Part shown: positions 13,070-24,894 of the stretch, one piece after another
How the letters are laid out: every line of letters starts with the position of its first letter
How positions within the stretch are numbered: the first letter of the stretch is position 1
Assembly: GCF_000181795.1 (NCBI RefSeq)
Contig: NW_003526943.1
Coordinates: 2,041,647-2,105,646 of the forward strand
Reading direction: 5' to 3'
Source: Trichinella spiralis
Lineage: Eukaryota
DNA: 64,000 bases
Notes under the pieces: generated by a model
What the model was told of the DNA's origin: nothing
Databases searched by the model: none
Seen by the model: the letters and a program-made list of their open reading frames with translations, nothing else
Made by a program: the position numbers and the translations under genes

Positions 13070-14521
13070 TCATCTGATTAACATAATTACATCGTAAGTT
13101 AACTGATTGCAAAAACATACTTTGCACTGGATTGAAATAGTTGCCAAAGATAACTGTAATCTGGTTGACTTGCGAATTCAAGCGAGTTACAATATTTCAT
13201 GTAGTTGACAAATGCAGATGGTAAGCCCTATAGTGTACTTTCAAGCATGCATAAATTAGTAGCATCAATAGGGAAGAAGAAAATTAATTGAAAGGAAGTG
13301 AAAAAATGAATACAAAATCCACCGTACAAAATTAACCACATTACCTGACAAAGATGCTCCGGTTTAATTCTTATTTTCATTTCGGCTATTTTCAAATTTT
13401 GTTCTAACCCCTAAAATACAAGAAGATATTTATTGAAAACCAGTACTTACTCTTGAATAATATGAAAGATAATAATATACAAAAAGAAGAAAACAATGTC
13501 CAAATTAGACAAAAATTTTGCAAAAAAAAACAAATAAAAATGCTTCACAGTTTATACTTATTTAGTCCCATTAGCACATAACAGAACATTCAACAGAGTA
13601 TCATTAACCACCATAAATAAAAGATCACCTCCACATCCTGCCAAGGAAGTTTGCCTTTGGCAAAATATATAAGAATATATCCAATAGATTGTAAGTCATC
13701 TCTAGGACTTTGCTGAATTCCCAGATGAGCTGCTATAGATATATACCTGGGAGTTCCTATTACAGGTAAATTCTCACGATACGCTATGTGAGAAAAATTA
13801 CTGTTCATTCGGTAACGTATTGCCAAGCCAAATTCAGTTAATGCTACCTAAACAGAAATTACATATGCATACGAATCATGTTAAGCTAAATGCAATGTAA
13901 TAACTTCATGTGTTGAAAAATCACTTCGACGCAACAGTATGTTTTCAGGCTTTAAATCGCGGTGGAGGAAATCTTTTTCATGCAGAAACTGTATCGCTTT
14001 AATAATCTTCAATAAATCAATACCACGAATTATAAGAGATATGGAGCAGAATAATGCAAAAACCTCAACTGCATATTCGCAAACATCATGTATTGGTAGA
14101 TTGCGACCATTTCCTTGGAAAAAATCTTCCATGTTTGGTCCTAATAATTCCATGGACAAGTATGTGTTACAATTATCTTTCCCGAAATACCTAAAATTTC
14201 ATCTTGGAAGTAAAATTTATCATTAATAGTAATGTTTTATTTACTCAACTGCTGGTACAAACGAACTTCCAGATAAATATGTATGAATTTTCTTCTCGAA
14301 GCATAGCAGAGATGGCTTTGCCGTTCGCTTTTCGGTTTTTATAACTAATACCTGACGGTATTTAAATTTATCACTAAAAAATACCTATGGTAGAAATCTT
14401 TTGTGCGCACCTTTTTTGTGATATTGTCCATCCCAATATAAACAACACCAAACTTTCCTTCTTTAATCACATGGCACAATGTGAAACGTTTTTCTATAGC
14501 TATATTTTCAGAATTTGACAT
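13070..14521 (-). CDS. Casein kinase 1 family protein, divergent (possible pseudokinase), multi-exon
   Basis: Spliced reading: MSNSENIAIEKRFTLCHVIKEGKFGVVYIG...VLVIKTEK...MELLGPNMEDFF...FLHRDLKPENILL...VALTEFGLAIRY...GTPRYISIAAHLGIQQSPRDDLQSIGYILIYFAKGKLPWQ...LCQGLPSAFVNYMKYCNSLEFASQPDYSYL. CK1 signatures MELLGP, SxRDDL, LPWQ and PDY are present. Stop at ~13070 is inferred. Confidence 0.85.
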
Positions 14522-15020
14522 ATTGACAAAAATTTTAAAGTACACGAAAAGAATGGAATGCTCTTTTTATTTTCATGAGTAATTTATTCTGCCATCGATC
14601 ATAAGAATTACACATCAGAATATGAGTCACATCCAAACACAACAGTAATTGTGAAAATCAAGGATTATCTTTATTATTTGAATATTATGAATGAAATTAA
14701 AAATAGGATTTTTGAATTAGGAAGACAAAAAAATAGAATTCAAACGGCAGCTCATATATGTCACAAGATATTGCAAGTAAAATTTGTAAATTTGTACAGC
14801 ATAAGTTTTTCTTGACAATGTTCAATGAGCCCGGTAGTAGCGGTAACGTGTGGCTAATTCTTGCTCTGGTTTTGCGTTGGTCTGCGCACTCATCTTGTCT
14901 TGTGGGCTCGCTTATTTTAGCTTTTACCCTGTAACTAACGATTTATGATAATAGTAGCAATCTTGTTGAAGACAGTTTTATTCACAACAGCACATTATGC
15001 ACAGATAAGCATAGAGACTA

Positions 15021-15272
15021 TGTTGATGAAAGGAACAATTCATGTTGAAACCTGATATTCAATATACTGTAGTAACGAATAGATATAAGAGTGCGTGTCT
15101 GTGTGTGTGTGTTTGCAAATATACCTTGTGTTTTTAATAAACTCAGTTCCGTCACTTTGTTTGTTGTGCTTCTTTGACTCCTTTCTCTAGCAACTGTGTT
15201 TGTGTCATTTGATCTTACATCTGTTGTCTCCATTTACGTGATAATACAGATCAAACTCAGCAAACCTCAACA
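15021..15272 (+). repeat. 5' LTR (252 bp)
   Basis: Starts TGTTGA, ends TCAACA. Contains TATAAG (~15084), a (GT)n tract and AATAAA (~15136). Nearly identical to 19271-19524. Confidence 0.97.
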
Positions 15273-15286
15273 GGTTATGGGCCCAG
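15273..15286 (+). other. Primer binding site GGTTATGGGCCCAG (half initiator-Met tRNA type)
   Basis: Directly abuts the 5' LTR. Same sequence as the Drosophila copia PBS, which pairs with the anticodon-arm region of a cleaved tRNA-iMet. Confidence 0.9.
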
Positions 15287-15339
15287 ACCACGTAGCATCT
15301 GCGCTTAAGATCTGAATGGTAAATCGTTGAGATAACTGT

Positions 15340-18300
15340 ATGATGGATTTCAAGTTACAAGTTGACAAACTTGAAAGTGCAAGTAACTGGAGTCGCTGGA
15401 AAAGGCAAATTCAGCTTGTGCTGCGTCATCATGCTGTTCTTGAAGTCGCTACTGGTAAGAAGGTAGCCCCGATGGCGCCACCTGCTGGCAGTAATGCTGA
15501 GAATTTGAAAAAGCATGAAGAGGCACTGAAGGCTTTTGAAAAGGAAGACACTCTTGCCCAGCTTATTCTTGTCAGTTCAATGAATGATGCCAATGTTGAG
15601 CTGACGGCCACATCTAAATCTTCAGCGGAAATTTGGCAGAAGCTGACCGCTGTGTATGAACAGAGCAGTGGTCAACGTGTGGATAGACTGATGGAAGAGT
15701 TCTTCAAATGTGCAAAAGCTGAAACGGAAGACATGGCAAGGTATGTCGCCAGGCTACAGAAGCTTTTCTCAGATTTGAATGATGAACTGGAAAGACTGAC
15801 TGGCACTCAATTACCTGATCTGCTGTTAATGAGCAGAATTATGTCAACGCTGCCTCAAGACTACTTTGAGTTTAAAACCGTTTGGGAAAGCGTGCCTGTT
15901 GGCGAACGCTCTGTTAATTTGTTGATAGAGCGCCTACGGCTAATCGAGATGTGACTCCCTGAAAAGACGACCGACTCATCAGTTGCGTTGACGGTGAAAA
16001 CAAACACCAAAGAAAATGTCAAAAAGGACAGAAGAAAGTGTTTCAAATGTCATCGTATTGGACATCTCGCCAAAAATTGTACGATGAAGACAGTGAGGAA
16101 TGCGGGGCAGTCACAGCAGTCCTTTGGTGGCGAGAGTTTCTTTTGTTACCACGCTGAGGACAACAGAAACACCTGTAGAATGTGGCTAGCCGATTCTGGT
16201 GCCTCACAGCATATGACACGTAACAAGGAATACTTGTCGGACTTCGTGACATTTCCAAAGCCTGTGAATGTGAAAGTCGGAAACGGCGATGCCATACCTG
16301 CCTATGGCCGGGGAACTGTAAACTTCAAGGTGTTCATTAAAGGAAAATGGATACTGAACAGGATGGAAGATGTCTGGTATGTGCCCAAGCTAGGATTGAA
16401 CTTGTTCTCTATTGGAAAAGCCACGGAAAAAGGTTTCAACTTCACTGCAAACGCGGCTGGATGTACCTTTCGCAAAAATGGCTGCGTGAAGCTGTCTGGT
16501 GTGCGTAACCTGAATGGGGTTTATGAGCTGCATATGCGAGTCTACATTCCGGAGAAGCCTGCATACGTACATGTGAGTACCGCGAATGCTTCGCTGCAAT
16601 TGTGGCATGAGAGGCTATGCTATCAAAATAAACGGCACGTGCAGCAAGTGCTGAACAACCATGGCATCAAAGTGCATGCCCAAGAGCAGTTCTGCACTGG
16701 TTGTGTTTTGGGGAAGCACCATCGTGAAAGCTTTCAGTCACGGAAGTACAGGCCAAGGGCTCCAGGCAAACTGATACACGTTGACCTGTGCGGACCCATG
16801 CATGTGACTTCTTTGGGTGGGTCAAAGTACTTCCTCGTTTTCAAAGATGATTTCTCACGTTACCGTCGAGTTTTCTTTTTGAACAGAAAGGATGATGTGG
16901 CTCAGTGCCTTGAAACCTTCCTTAATGAGTCACGTACAGCTGGAAACACAGTGGAGTGCATTTTGAGCGATGGCGGACTTGAGTTTAACAACGCTCATGT
17001 AAAGGATATTCTGCAGCGTCGAGGGGTTGCTATGCGTACCGCTATGCCTTATACGCCAGAACAGAATGGAGTGGCAGAGCGCGAGAACAGGATACTGGTT
17101 GAGACCGGTAGATCCATGCTCCATTCAAAAGATCTTCCACTTTCTCTGTGGGCTGAAGCAGTGAACACAGCTTGTTATGTACTGAACCGAACTGGTCCCA
17201 CGACCGTGAAAGGGAAATCTCCAAAAGAACTGTGGTTCAAACGAGATCTCGTGTCCATTGATCATTTCCACGTTTTTTGGAACTGAATGTTTTGTACACG
17301 TTCCCAAGCAACGTCGGCGGAAATGGGAAAAGAAATCAGTTGCTGGACGGTTTATGGGATACTGTGATGAGAAGGATGGTTATAGAATTTGGCTGCCAGA
17401 CATCAATCAGATTATTACAAGTCGGGATGTCTTGTTTAAGCCAGAGGAGATCTGTTTGTCATCACAGATGTCTGTTAAAGCAGATTCGTCTGAGAAGAAT
17501 GAAGAGGAAGATGATCCTGATGCAGAAGAACTGAGACTGGAATTGAATTCTCAGTGGACATCAAAAGAAGCTTAATGTGAAGTCGAGACGAAAATGGAGC
17601 GAGAGGAAGAGAAATCTGAGCAGGCATCTCGATCTAACAAGCAAGAGGAAGTCTCACTTAGCAGCAAACGGGTCAGAAAGATGCCGAATTATCTTTCTGA
17701 CTACGTGCTAACAGCTCAGACATCACCTCCATCGTCATTTCATGAGGCAATGCAATCTGTTGATGCCGCAGATTGGCGAAAGGCCATGGAAGAAGAATTG
17801 CATTCCCTCGAGGAGAACTCAGTGTGGGCATTAGTAGATCCCCCGTCTGGAAAGAAAGTCTTGGACAGTCGGTGGGTTTTGCGCATCAAAACAAAAGCTG
17901 ATGGAAGTGTAGCCAGATATAAAGCACGTCTGGTTGCTAAAGGTTACATGCAAAGGCCCGGCATTGACTATGATGAGACCTTCAGCCCGGTGGCTCGTTT
18001 TGATACTGTACGTGCACTCCTAAGCATCGCCGCAGTGGAAAGGTTGAAGCTTCAACAGTTTGATGTAGAGACTGCATTTCTGTATGGTGCGCTGAAGGAA
18101 GAAGTGTGCGTGAAGCAACCGGAAGGATTCGAAAATGGCACGAATCAAGTTTACAAACTGAACCGTAGTTTGTATGGCTTGAAACAAGCTCCCCGCTGTT
18201 GGAACCTGAGATTGGTGGAGTTCCTGAGAAAACAAGGTCTGAAACAGAGCACAGCAGACCCCTGTTTGTTTGTTCGCATGAAAGAAAGATCAAAATTGCT

Positions 18301-19264
18301 TGTGGCGATTTATGTTGATGATGGAATTGTGACTGGTTCTGACACCGACGAGATGGAACAATTCCTTGCAGTGATGAAAAAGGAGTTCCAAATAAAGCAA
18401 GGACCCCTGGACACCTTTCTTGGTATGGGAATCAAAGTGCTTAGCGATGGGTCCATTTTTGCTGGTCAATAAGCGTATACTCGCCATATATTGAAACGCT
18501 TCCGTCTAGACGAAGCTAATGCCGTCTCGACACCGGCTGAAATTAATGTTTCAATGGAAGAAAATGAAGAACATCTGAGTTCGGATATTCCATATCGTGA
18601 AGCTGTGGGAGCTCTCCTGTTCTTGATGACAACAACGAGACCTGACATTGCCTACGCTGTTAGTACTGTATCATAAGTGATGGACAAGCCGACCATCAAA
18701 GCTTGGCAGGCAGTCAAAAGAATTTTCAGATACCTTCGCGGAACCGCTGATTATGGTCTGCTGTACCAGGCAAAAGGAGAAGAATTTCTGAAAGGCTACT
18801 CAGATGCAGATTACGCAGGTGACGTCACGACTCGACGTTCGCGTACTGGCGTTGTCTGCATGTGTGCAGGAGGAGCCGTGTTGTGGCATAGTCAAAAGCA
18901 GAGAAGCGTTGCATTGTCAACAACGGAGGCAGAATATGTCGCTGCTAGTGAAGCCGCTAAAGACATGATGTGGCTGATGACATTATTTGCTGAAGTCACA
19001 GAAGTGGAGCAGAAGCCGATACTGTTTGTGGACAACATGGGAGCCGTCAAGCTCTCCAAGAATCCAGAGTTCCACAAACGTTCGAAGCACATTGATGTGC
19101 GATTTCACTTCGTTCGTGAAAAATATAATGAGGGCAAAATCGACATCCAGCACATCGATAGTGAAAACCAGAAGGCCGACATATTGACGAAAGCTCTGCC
19201 GAAGACTCGTTTTCAAAATTTGCGTCAGCAATTAGGAATTGTTTCTGAGCACATGAATTGTTAG
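15340..19264 (+). pseudogene. Copia gag-pol polyprotein, disrupted
   Basis: One gag-pol frame broken by in-frame stops at 15952-15954 (TGA), 17573-17575, 18470-18472 and 18674-18676 (all TAA), plus a +1 frameshift in the T6 run at ~17273-17278 (HVF|GTECFVHVPK). Confidence 0.92.
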
Positions 19265-19270
19265 AGGAAG
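19263..19270 (+). other. Polypurine tract
   Basis: AGAGGAAG immediately 5' of the 3' LTR. Confidence 0.75.
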
Positions 19271-19524
19271 TGTTGATGAAAGGAACAATTCATGTTGAAA
19301 CCTGATATTCAATATACTGTAGTAACGAATAGATGTAAGCGTGCGTGTCTGTGTGTGTGTGTGTTTGCAAATATACCTTGTGTTTTTAATAAACTCAGTT
19401 CCGTCACTTTGTTTGTTGTGCTTCTTTGACTCCTTTCTCTAGCAACTGTGTTTGTGTTATTTGATCTTACATCTGTTGTCTCGATTTACGTGATAATACA
19501 GATCAAACTCAGCAAACCTCAACA
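19271..19524 (+). repeat. 3' LTR (254 bp)
   Basis: Copy of the 5' LTR with 4 substitutions and one extra GT unit (counted by eye). Followed by GACTA. Confidence 0.97.
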
Positions 19525-20110
19525 GACTAACTTTCAGTTGCTGCATAGCATGATCGCAGTATGGAATATGAATTTGTATTGTCGAACAACTACATGCAGA
19601 TCCTTTTACACAGTTTCACATATGGCAGACAGGTTGATCTGTGAACAAGCAACTGAATCGGTGTCTAGTATCATCTAGGTAGTTTTTTTGCCCTCTACTT
19701 CTTTTTTTAAATATTCTATTCATTAACAATAACTGTTATCAGTGTACACATCAGAACATTCGATTTCTGAGACTGAGGTCAAAATTTTCCTAAACAGAAT
19801 GATCATGTATGTTTATTTTAACACATTATCAGGAAAGTTTCTGCTGTCAATAATACTGCGATTGAAATAATAGTCAGATTTTACTTTAAATCATTAATAA
19901 ATTTAAAATTGAGTTCTATATTGAATTCAATAAGAGAAAAAGCAAGCAGAAAACGTTCGACTGAAAGCAGTTGCATTTCCATTATCTGAAAGGGAAAAGA
20001 TGCAGAATTTCGTTACAACATTGTTGCTGAAGCAATTTTCCCATGGATGGATGGAATTGAAAAAAAAAAGATTTTTTTCCCATATAAGTGGAGAAAGGAA
20101 AAATTCAACG

Positions 20111-23100
20111 CTACAGTGTCGAATCGTTTTCTGCTTCCCAGAGCTGCTGCGACGAAGACCGATCCAAACTGTTGTAATCAGTCCACAAAGTCAGCGTCAG
20201 TTCTGAGCAAATAATTTCACTGGCCCGACTTGCTATAAGGCGCAGTATGAAAACGCCATCGCGGCGTAAAAATTCTCCGACAAACTTTTTCAACGTTGCC
20301 TCGTCAGCGACAAGCCTCGACGGTTGGTCGCACAACAGACGAAGATATTTTCTCACGAAATTGATGCCATAATTTGGCAGTAACATAGTTAATATCCAAT
20401 AAATTGTGTTCAACATGGTCGCAAGACCAACTGCCAAAAACCAAAACCATAAAAATAAAAAAATCTTTTCATTGAACATGTTGATCATTAATACACATTG
20501 TACAGTATGGCGATGAACGTTGCCAAGAACGCGTACTTCGAAATCGCACAATGTCACTCGGGGAAAAATGCCGGTCTGTTCCCATTCGACCTCTTTTAAT
20601 AAATCGTGCAATACGGAAAATCCATACAGTACATTTCTAGTACCCAAGAAGTGATTTAGTACCAAAAATTGAAGCATTATATTCAACGTGTACAGAAGTT
20701 TGATGCTAATGTATAGCATCGTGATGTATGAACCACAGTGTCTGTGCAATGTATAATTTTTCATGCAACTTCGACTTCGAGTTCGATCGCATGCGCATAA
20801 TTTTTGTACTTCAAATTCATCTTCCATGTGGCGGGCCATTGTCAAAACTGTGCGCATCTTATATTCAGGTTCCATCAAGCGAGCATCGCAAGCCATTTGC
20901 ACAAGGCCACGAAGATTTACACCTCAAACAAAATTTCATTATTATTTTTTTTAATTTAATGGAAAATTTCCTTGAAATTTATAAATAATTTGCTTCATTA
21001 ACTTTCAAATAATATTAAGAAACGAATGTGTATAAAATTTCGATAATTGGAAATAATGCCAAACAAAAAAAATACTAATCAATTTGTTTAATATTTAAAT
21101 TTACACTTGATGTATTTTGTTGTATCTAATTTAACAGTAGTTTGACAAAAAAATTTCATAAAATATCTTCATTCAGAAATAGAATTCCTTATCTGTCATA
21201 CGTATAATTACTATGTCAAGCATTTGTTGCCTCTTGCCTCTAGTGGGTGCATAAAGATGGAGATTGGTTTCATTTAAAATTTAAACAGCAATTTGTCAAA
21301 TAATAACAAAATATTGTGAGAACCAAATTGTCATTTTTCATCATATGAATAAGCAAGAATGTTTCGATTAAATTTTATTATAAACTTTATTGCATAAATT
21401 GCCTGTATTTTAAAATCATAAATTTCTGTAATTTCGTTACATTAATTCAATTTTATTTTATTTTATTTTATTTTCTGAAACTTTATTGTATTATGCATCA
21501 ATAAATAAATAGTTAAATGATTAAGTTCAAAATATGAGGAGGATAATAAATAAATGGAGTGAAATTCTGTTTTTGACAGTCTGTCTATTTTCAAGAAGAA
21601 TTCATTAATGTATAATGAGAACATAACAGATTAATTAACAATTTTTACATTAAACTTTATCAAGCGGTGTAATAATATTCAGAATAGAAGATACAGTTGC
21701 CAAACTGAAAAATCATCAGCAAATAAAGCTTTATTCCAATATTCAAAGTCTATTAATTTTCTATTCAAATTGCCACTGCACCGACCGAGGTCAGCTAACA
21801 AGTTGCAAATGAAAAATTTAATGATTATATAATTTTCTGTTTTAGTATGAAATGACTAAATGCGCAATGGGCAAAACTCATCAACTTTTCAATTTATTTC
21901 AATGATCATCCATCTAGCCATAAACACGTTAAGCTTCAGCAATCGATACAAATCGAATAATGAACAGGTAATTTTCAAAAAAAATATTTTTGCTCATCTT
22001 TCACTGCTTAAAGAAAAACAAAACTGTTTTCCATCTTTTGAAAATTAAAATTTTTCTCACTTGCATATCACTGATCAAATTAATAAATAAAGAAAATTTG
22101 CAACTTTTCCAACCTTTTATTTCGTTTAATCAGATAAATATCATAATTAGTTTTGCAACTGAGACCACGACTAAATTATGCATAATATGAAACATTTTGC
22201 ATTAAGCATTTCAAATAACATTATTATATATTAAAATAAATATTCCATATATTAACACTATACATATATATAAACTTAATAATTTCTTTTTTTCCATTAT
22301 TTTAACCTAAATAATAATATTCATATAAAACTTTCATTTTCTTTGATTCTTCACTGAAAAATCATTTCCACAATGCAAAGATCGATCAGTTTGCAAAAAC
22401 GTTGAACACAAATTAATTCTCCAGAGTTTTCGACACTGAATTTTCAATATATTAATTTTTGTCAAAAATATTGCTCTTTTCGTTGAGCTCATAAATTACA
22501 AAAGTCACTGAATCACCCCGTGAACAATTCATCTGAAATGGCCATAGCGGCAACAAATTTCATGTCATCTTTTTTCTAATAATTTAGTCAATTTATTTTG
22601 GCTACTTGTTCAATGAAACTCATTATTTTCAACTTTTAATAAGTTAACTGACTTTATCTTTCCTATTTATTTGGAAGATTTATTTGAAATATATATATAT
22701 TTTTAATCAATTATTTAGACTGATCAACGTAATTTTTTGCATTATTTTCCCCATGATACATGAATTTGAAGTATCATTTCTAGTACAACGGGGTATTACT
22801 TTTAAAATTGAACAATGAAATTTTCAAAATAAAAATGCTCATTGAGGAAAAGCGGCTATTAATTAGAGAAAATTCCATTTTGCACTAGCCTAACTGATCA
22901 GTTCCTCAGAGAATATTCCTGTACTAAAATTTAAAACATACCAAAGCAATTTCTCCCTCTCATTTATTATTGTATATTGTTTTCAGGTTAAGAACAAAGC
23001 TGCTGAAAATATTGATTCACGTGTTTTACTTTTATCATTTTACTTTTAAATTAATTAAAATATAATTCTGTATTTCAGCCTGACATCAATAGTTTAACAG

Positions 23101-24894
23101 TTGAGCATAATGTTTCATTCTTCATAATTCTTCTCAAATATTCTCAAATCATTTGTTGAATAAATAATAATTTTTTACAAAATAAATTTCATGATGACGA
23201 TGATGATGATGGAAAAAAATGAATAATATCGATTTCATTAAACATAAATAAATTATATAAATGAAATAAAGCAGCCGCCTCTGATCAGATATCCCAGTGT
23301 TCTACTTAACAGTAGATTTTTATCAATATTCATCCTGGTAAATAACTTGTGACAATGACAAAACTGATATAAGAATGTTGAATTTATATACTATTAGTAA
23401 AAGTGATTTGTGTGTGTGTCGCATGGCTGATTGCATAAACAACAGTGCTTCAACTTTGTTTGTATTCTTTTGATCATTGATTTAAAAGAGTGCTTAATTG
23501 TCAGTGAAAGCAAGAATGCTTTTCTCTAATTTCAACCTTTTAAAGCCAACCTGGTGCATTAACTACTCTTTCATGTTCGAAGATCATCTTAACAAAAATA
23601 TGAATGACAACATGTCAATCAGCATGTTTCGCTTGTATAATTTATGAAACATTTTTAGAAGATTATTTTTTTAAACCGTTTCTTGCGTGTTGCTTATTAC
23701 AGTAAAACATATTTTCACAATGCTGCTGATTATTAAGATAAAAAAAACATAAATCAATCAGGGTAAAGATAATTTCTCAACACGCAACGTTGATTACTAA
23801 TTTACATTCAACTGGAACAATGTTATTAGGTGATAAGAGAAAAAAGAAAGTTTTTTCCCTACAAGTTGCTTACATGAGCATGAGAAATATCTGATATTGT
23901 CTTATAGCAACTCAGTTGGCCGCAACTCTCAGCCTACCGAAATCATGGCATAAAACTGAATCTGAAAACTACTTCAGGCTTCAATGGGCAATGCTGATAA
24001 ATACACGGTCCATTAAAGTCGGCTTGGGGATCGATTTGGCAATTTGCTTGCTCGAAGTGGTCATGTTGACCCAAAAAGAATCGATCACCAGTCCATAACT
24101 CCAACAATCATGCGCGTATAAAACATCACTATCTTGGACAGCTCTTTTCAAAAGCCACGCCTTTTGGAGTCGCCTTTAGGTATTTTTCCAATTATGCGAT
24201 AAATTTCAACTGTCAGTTGAAACAGAAAAGAGCCGTAACATTTGAAAAATGCATTTGCATCAACATTAACGTGAAACAAACAAATAAATAACATATTCTG
24301 CTCAATGTTGTGATTATTATTGTTTAATAACTGAAAAATAAAAATGAAAAAAAAGCTTCTTTTCATACCTGAGTGCCAGTGAAGAAGACCTCGCCAAATA
24401 ATGCACGGAATGTAAAACAGCAAAGCTTCCAAGCTGAGCACGAACGGTACCCACTGGTAATAGCTGATTTGCCGGTTGCGTCGATTGTACATTTCCCTGG
24501 GAATGTCCTCCTCTATTGGAACCCAATATGTGTTTTGAACCCAGCAATAATTTTCCGTATACTGCTCCATAGCATCGGTGAAGGTTGCTGGTACCCAGCA
24601 TTGTATTGGATAGCCGACGTATTGTTTAGCGCTGACCAAAATGGAAAACGACAGCAAAATTGTGGTCGTGTAAAAATAATGCAGCTTGTCGACAAAGTCG
24701 TCGTCAACACGCGGCTGCAAATGCTTGAATGCGTTAGCCAAATAATACAAAAGCATCGTCAAGCCGATCTCCTTTTTTCCGCCGTGGTGGCCACCGTGAG
24801 CGGTCGCCCTGAGTTGATGGCTTCCGTGCAATAGTTTATCCGCTTGATAGGCAGGAATGTGATCAATGTGACGAACTTTATCCAGTGAATGGCG
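20111..24894 (-). CDS. unc-7: Innexin UNC-7 (gap junction protein); core exons 24894-24369 and 20922-20111
   Basis: [15 protein letters not shown]...[34 protein letters not shown]...[36 protein letters not shown]...YYQWVPF...[20 protein letters not shown]...[42 protein letters not shown]. Closely matches C. elegans UNC-7 as I recall it. The GT-AG phase-1 intron 24368-20923 joins in frame. The frame is open up to the TTTCAG acceptor at 24895, so an upstream exon is expected. Internal Met at 24756. Confidence 0.93.

Larger units (their letters stand above)
15021..19524 (+). mobile_element. Ty1/copia LTR retrotransposon, full length, inactivated
   Basis: Paired LTRs (TGTTGA...TCAACA), 5-bp target-site duplication GACTA (15016-15020, 19525-19529), PBS and PPT. 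Domain order is copia-type: gag (CCHC knuckle CFKCHRIGHLAKNC), protease (WLADSGAS), integrase (HVDLCGP, SDGGLEF, PEQNGVAERENR), RT (YKARLVAKG, SLYGLKQAP, YVDD), RNase H (YSDADYAG, STTEAEY, KHID, ADILTK). Confidence 0.97.

Noticed and set aside
15952..15957. Programmed gag-pol readthrough at TGA-C
   Set aside because: The stop lies inside gag, before the zinc knuckle, and three more stops and a frameshift follow. Decay is the simpler explanation.
21235..21248. Weaker CTCF-like motifs (CCACTAGAGGCA here, CCAGCAGGCGCG near 34778, CCACTAGATAC near 49305)
   Set aside because: Each lacks or mismatches core G positions and is expected by chance.
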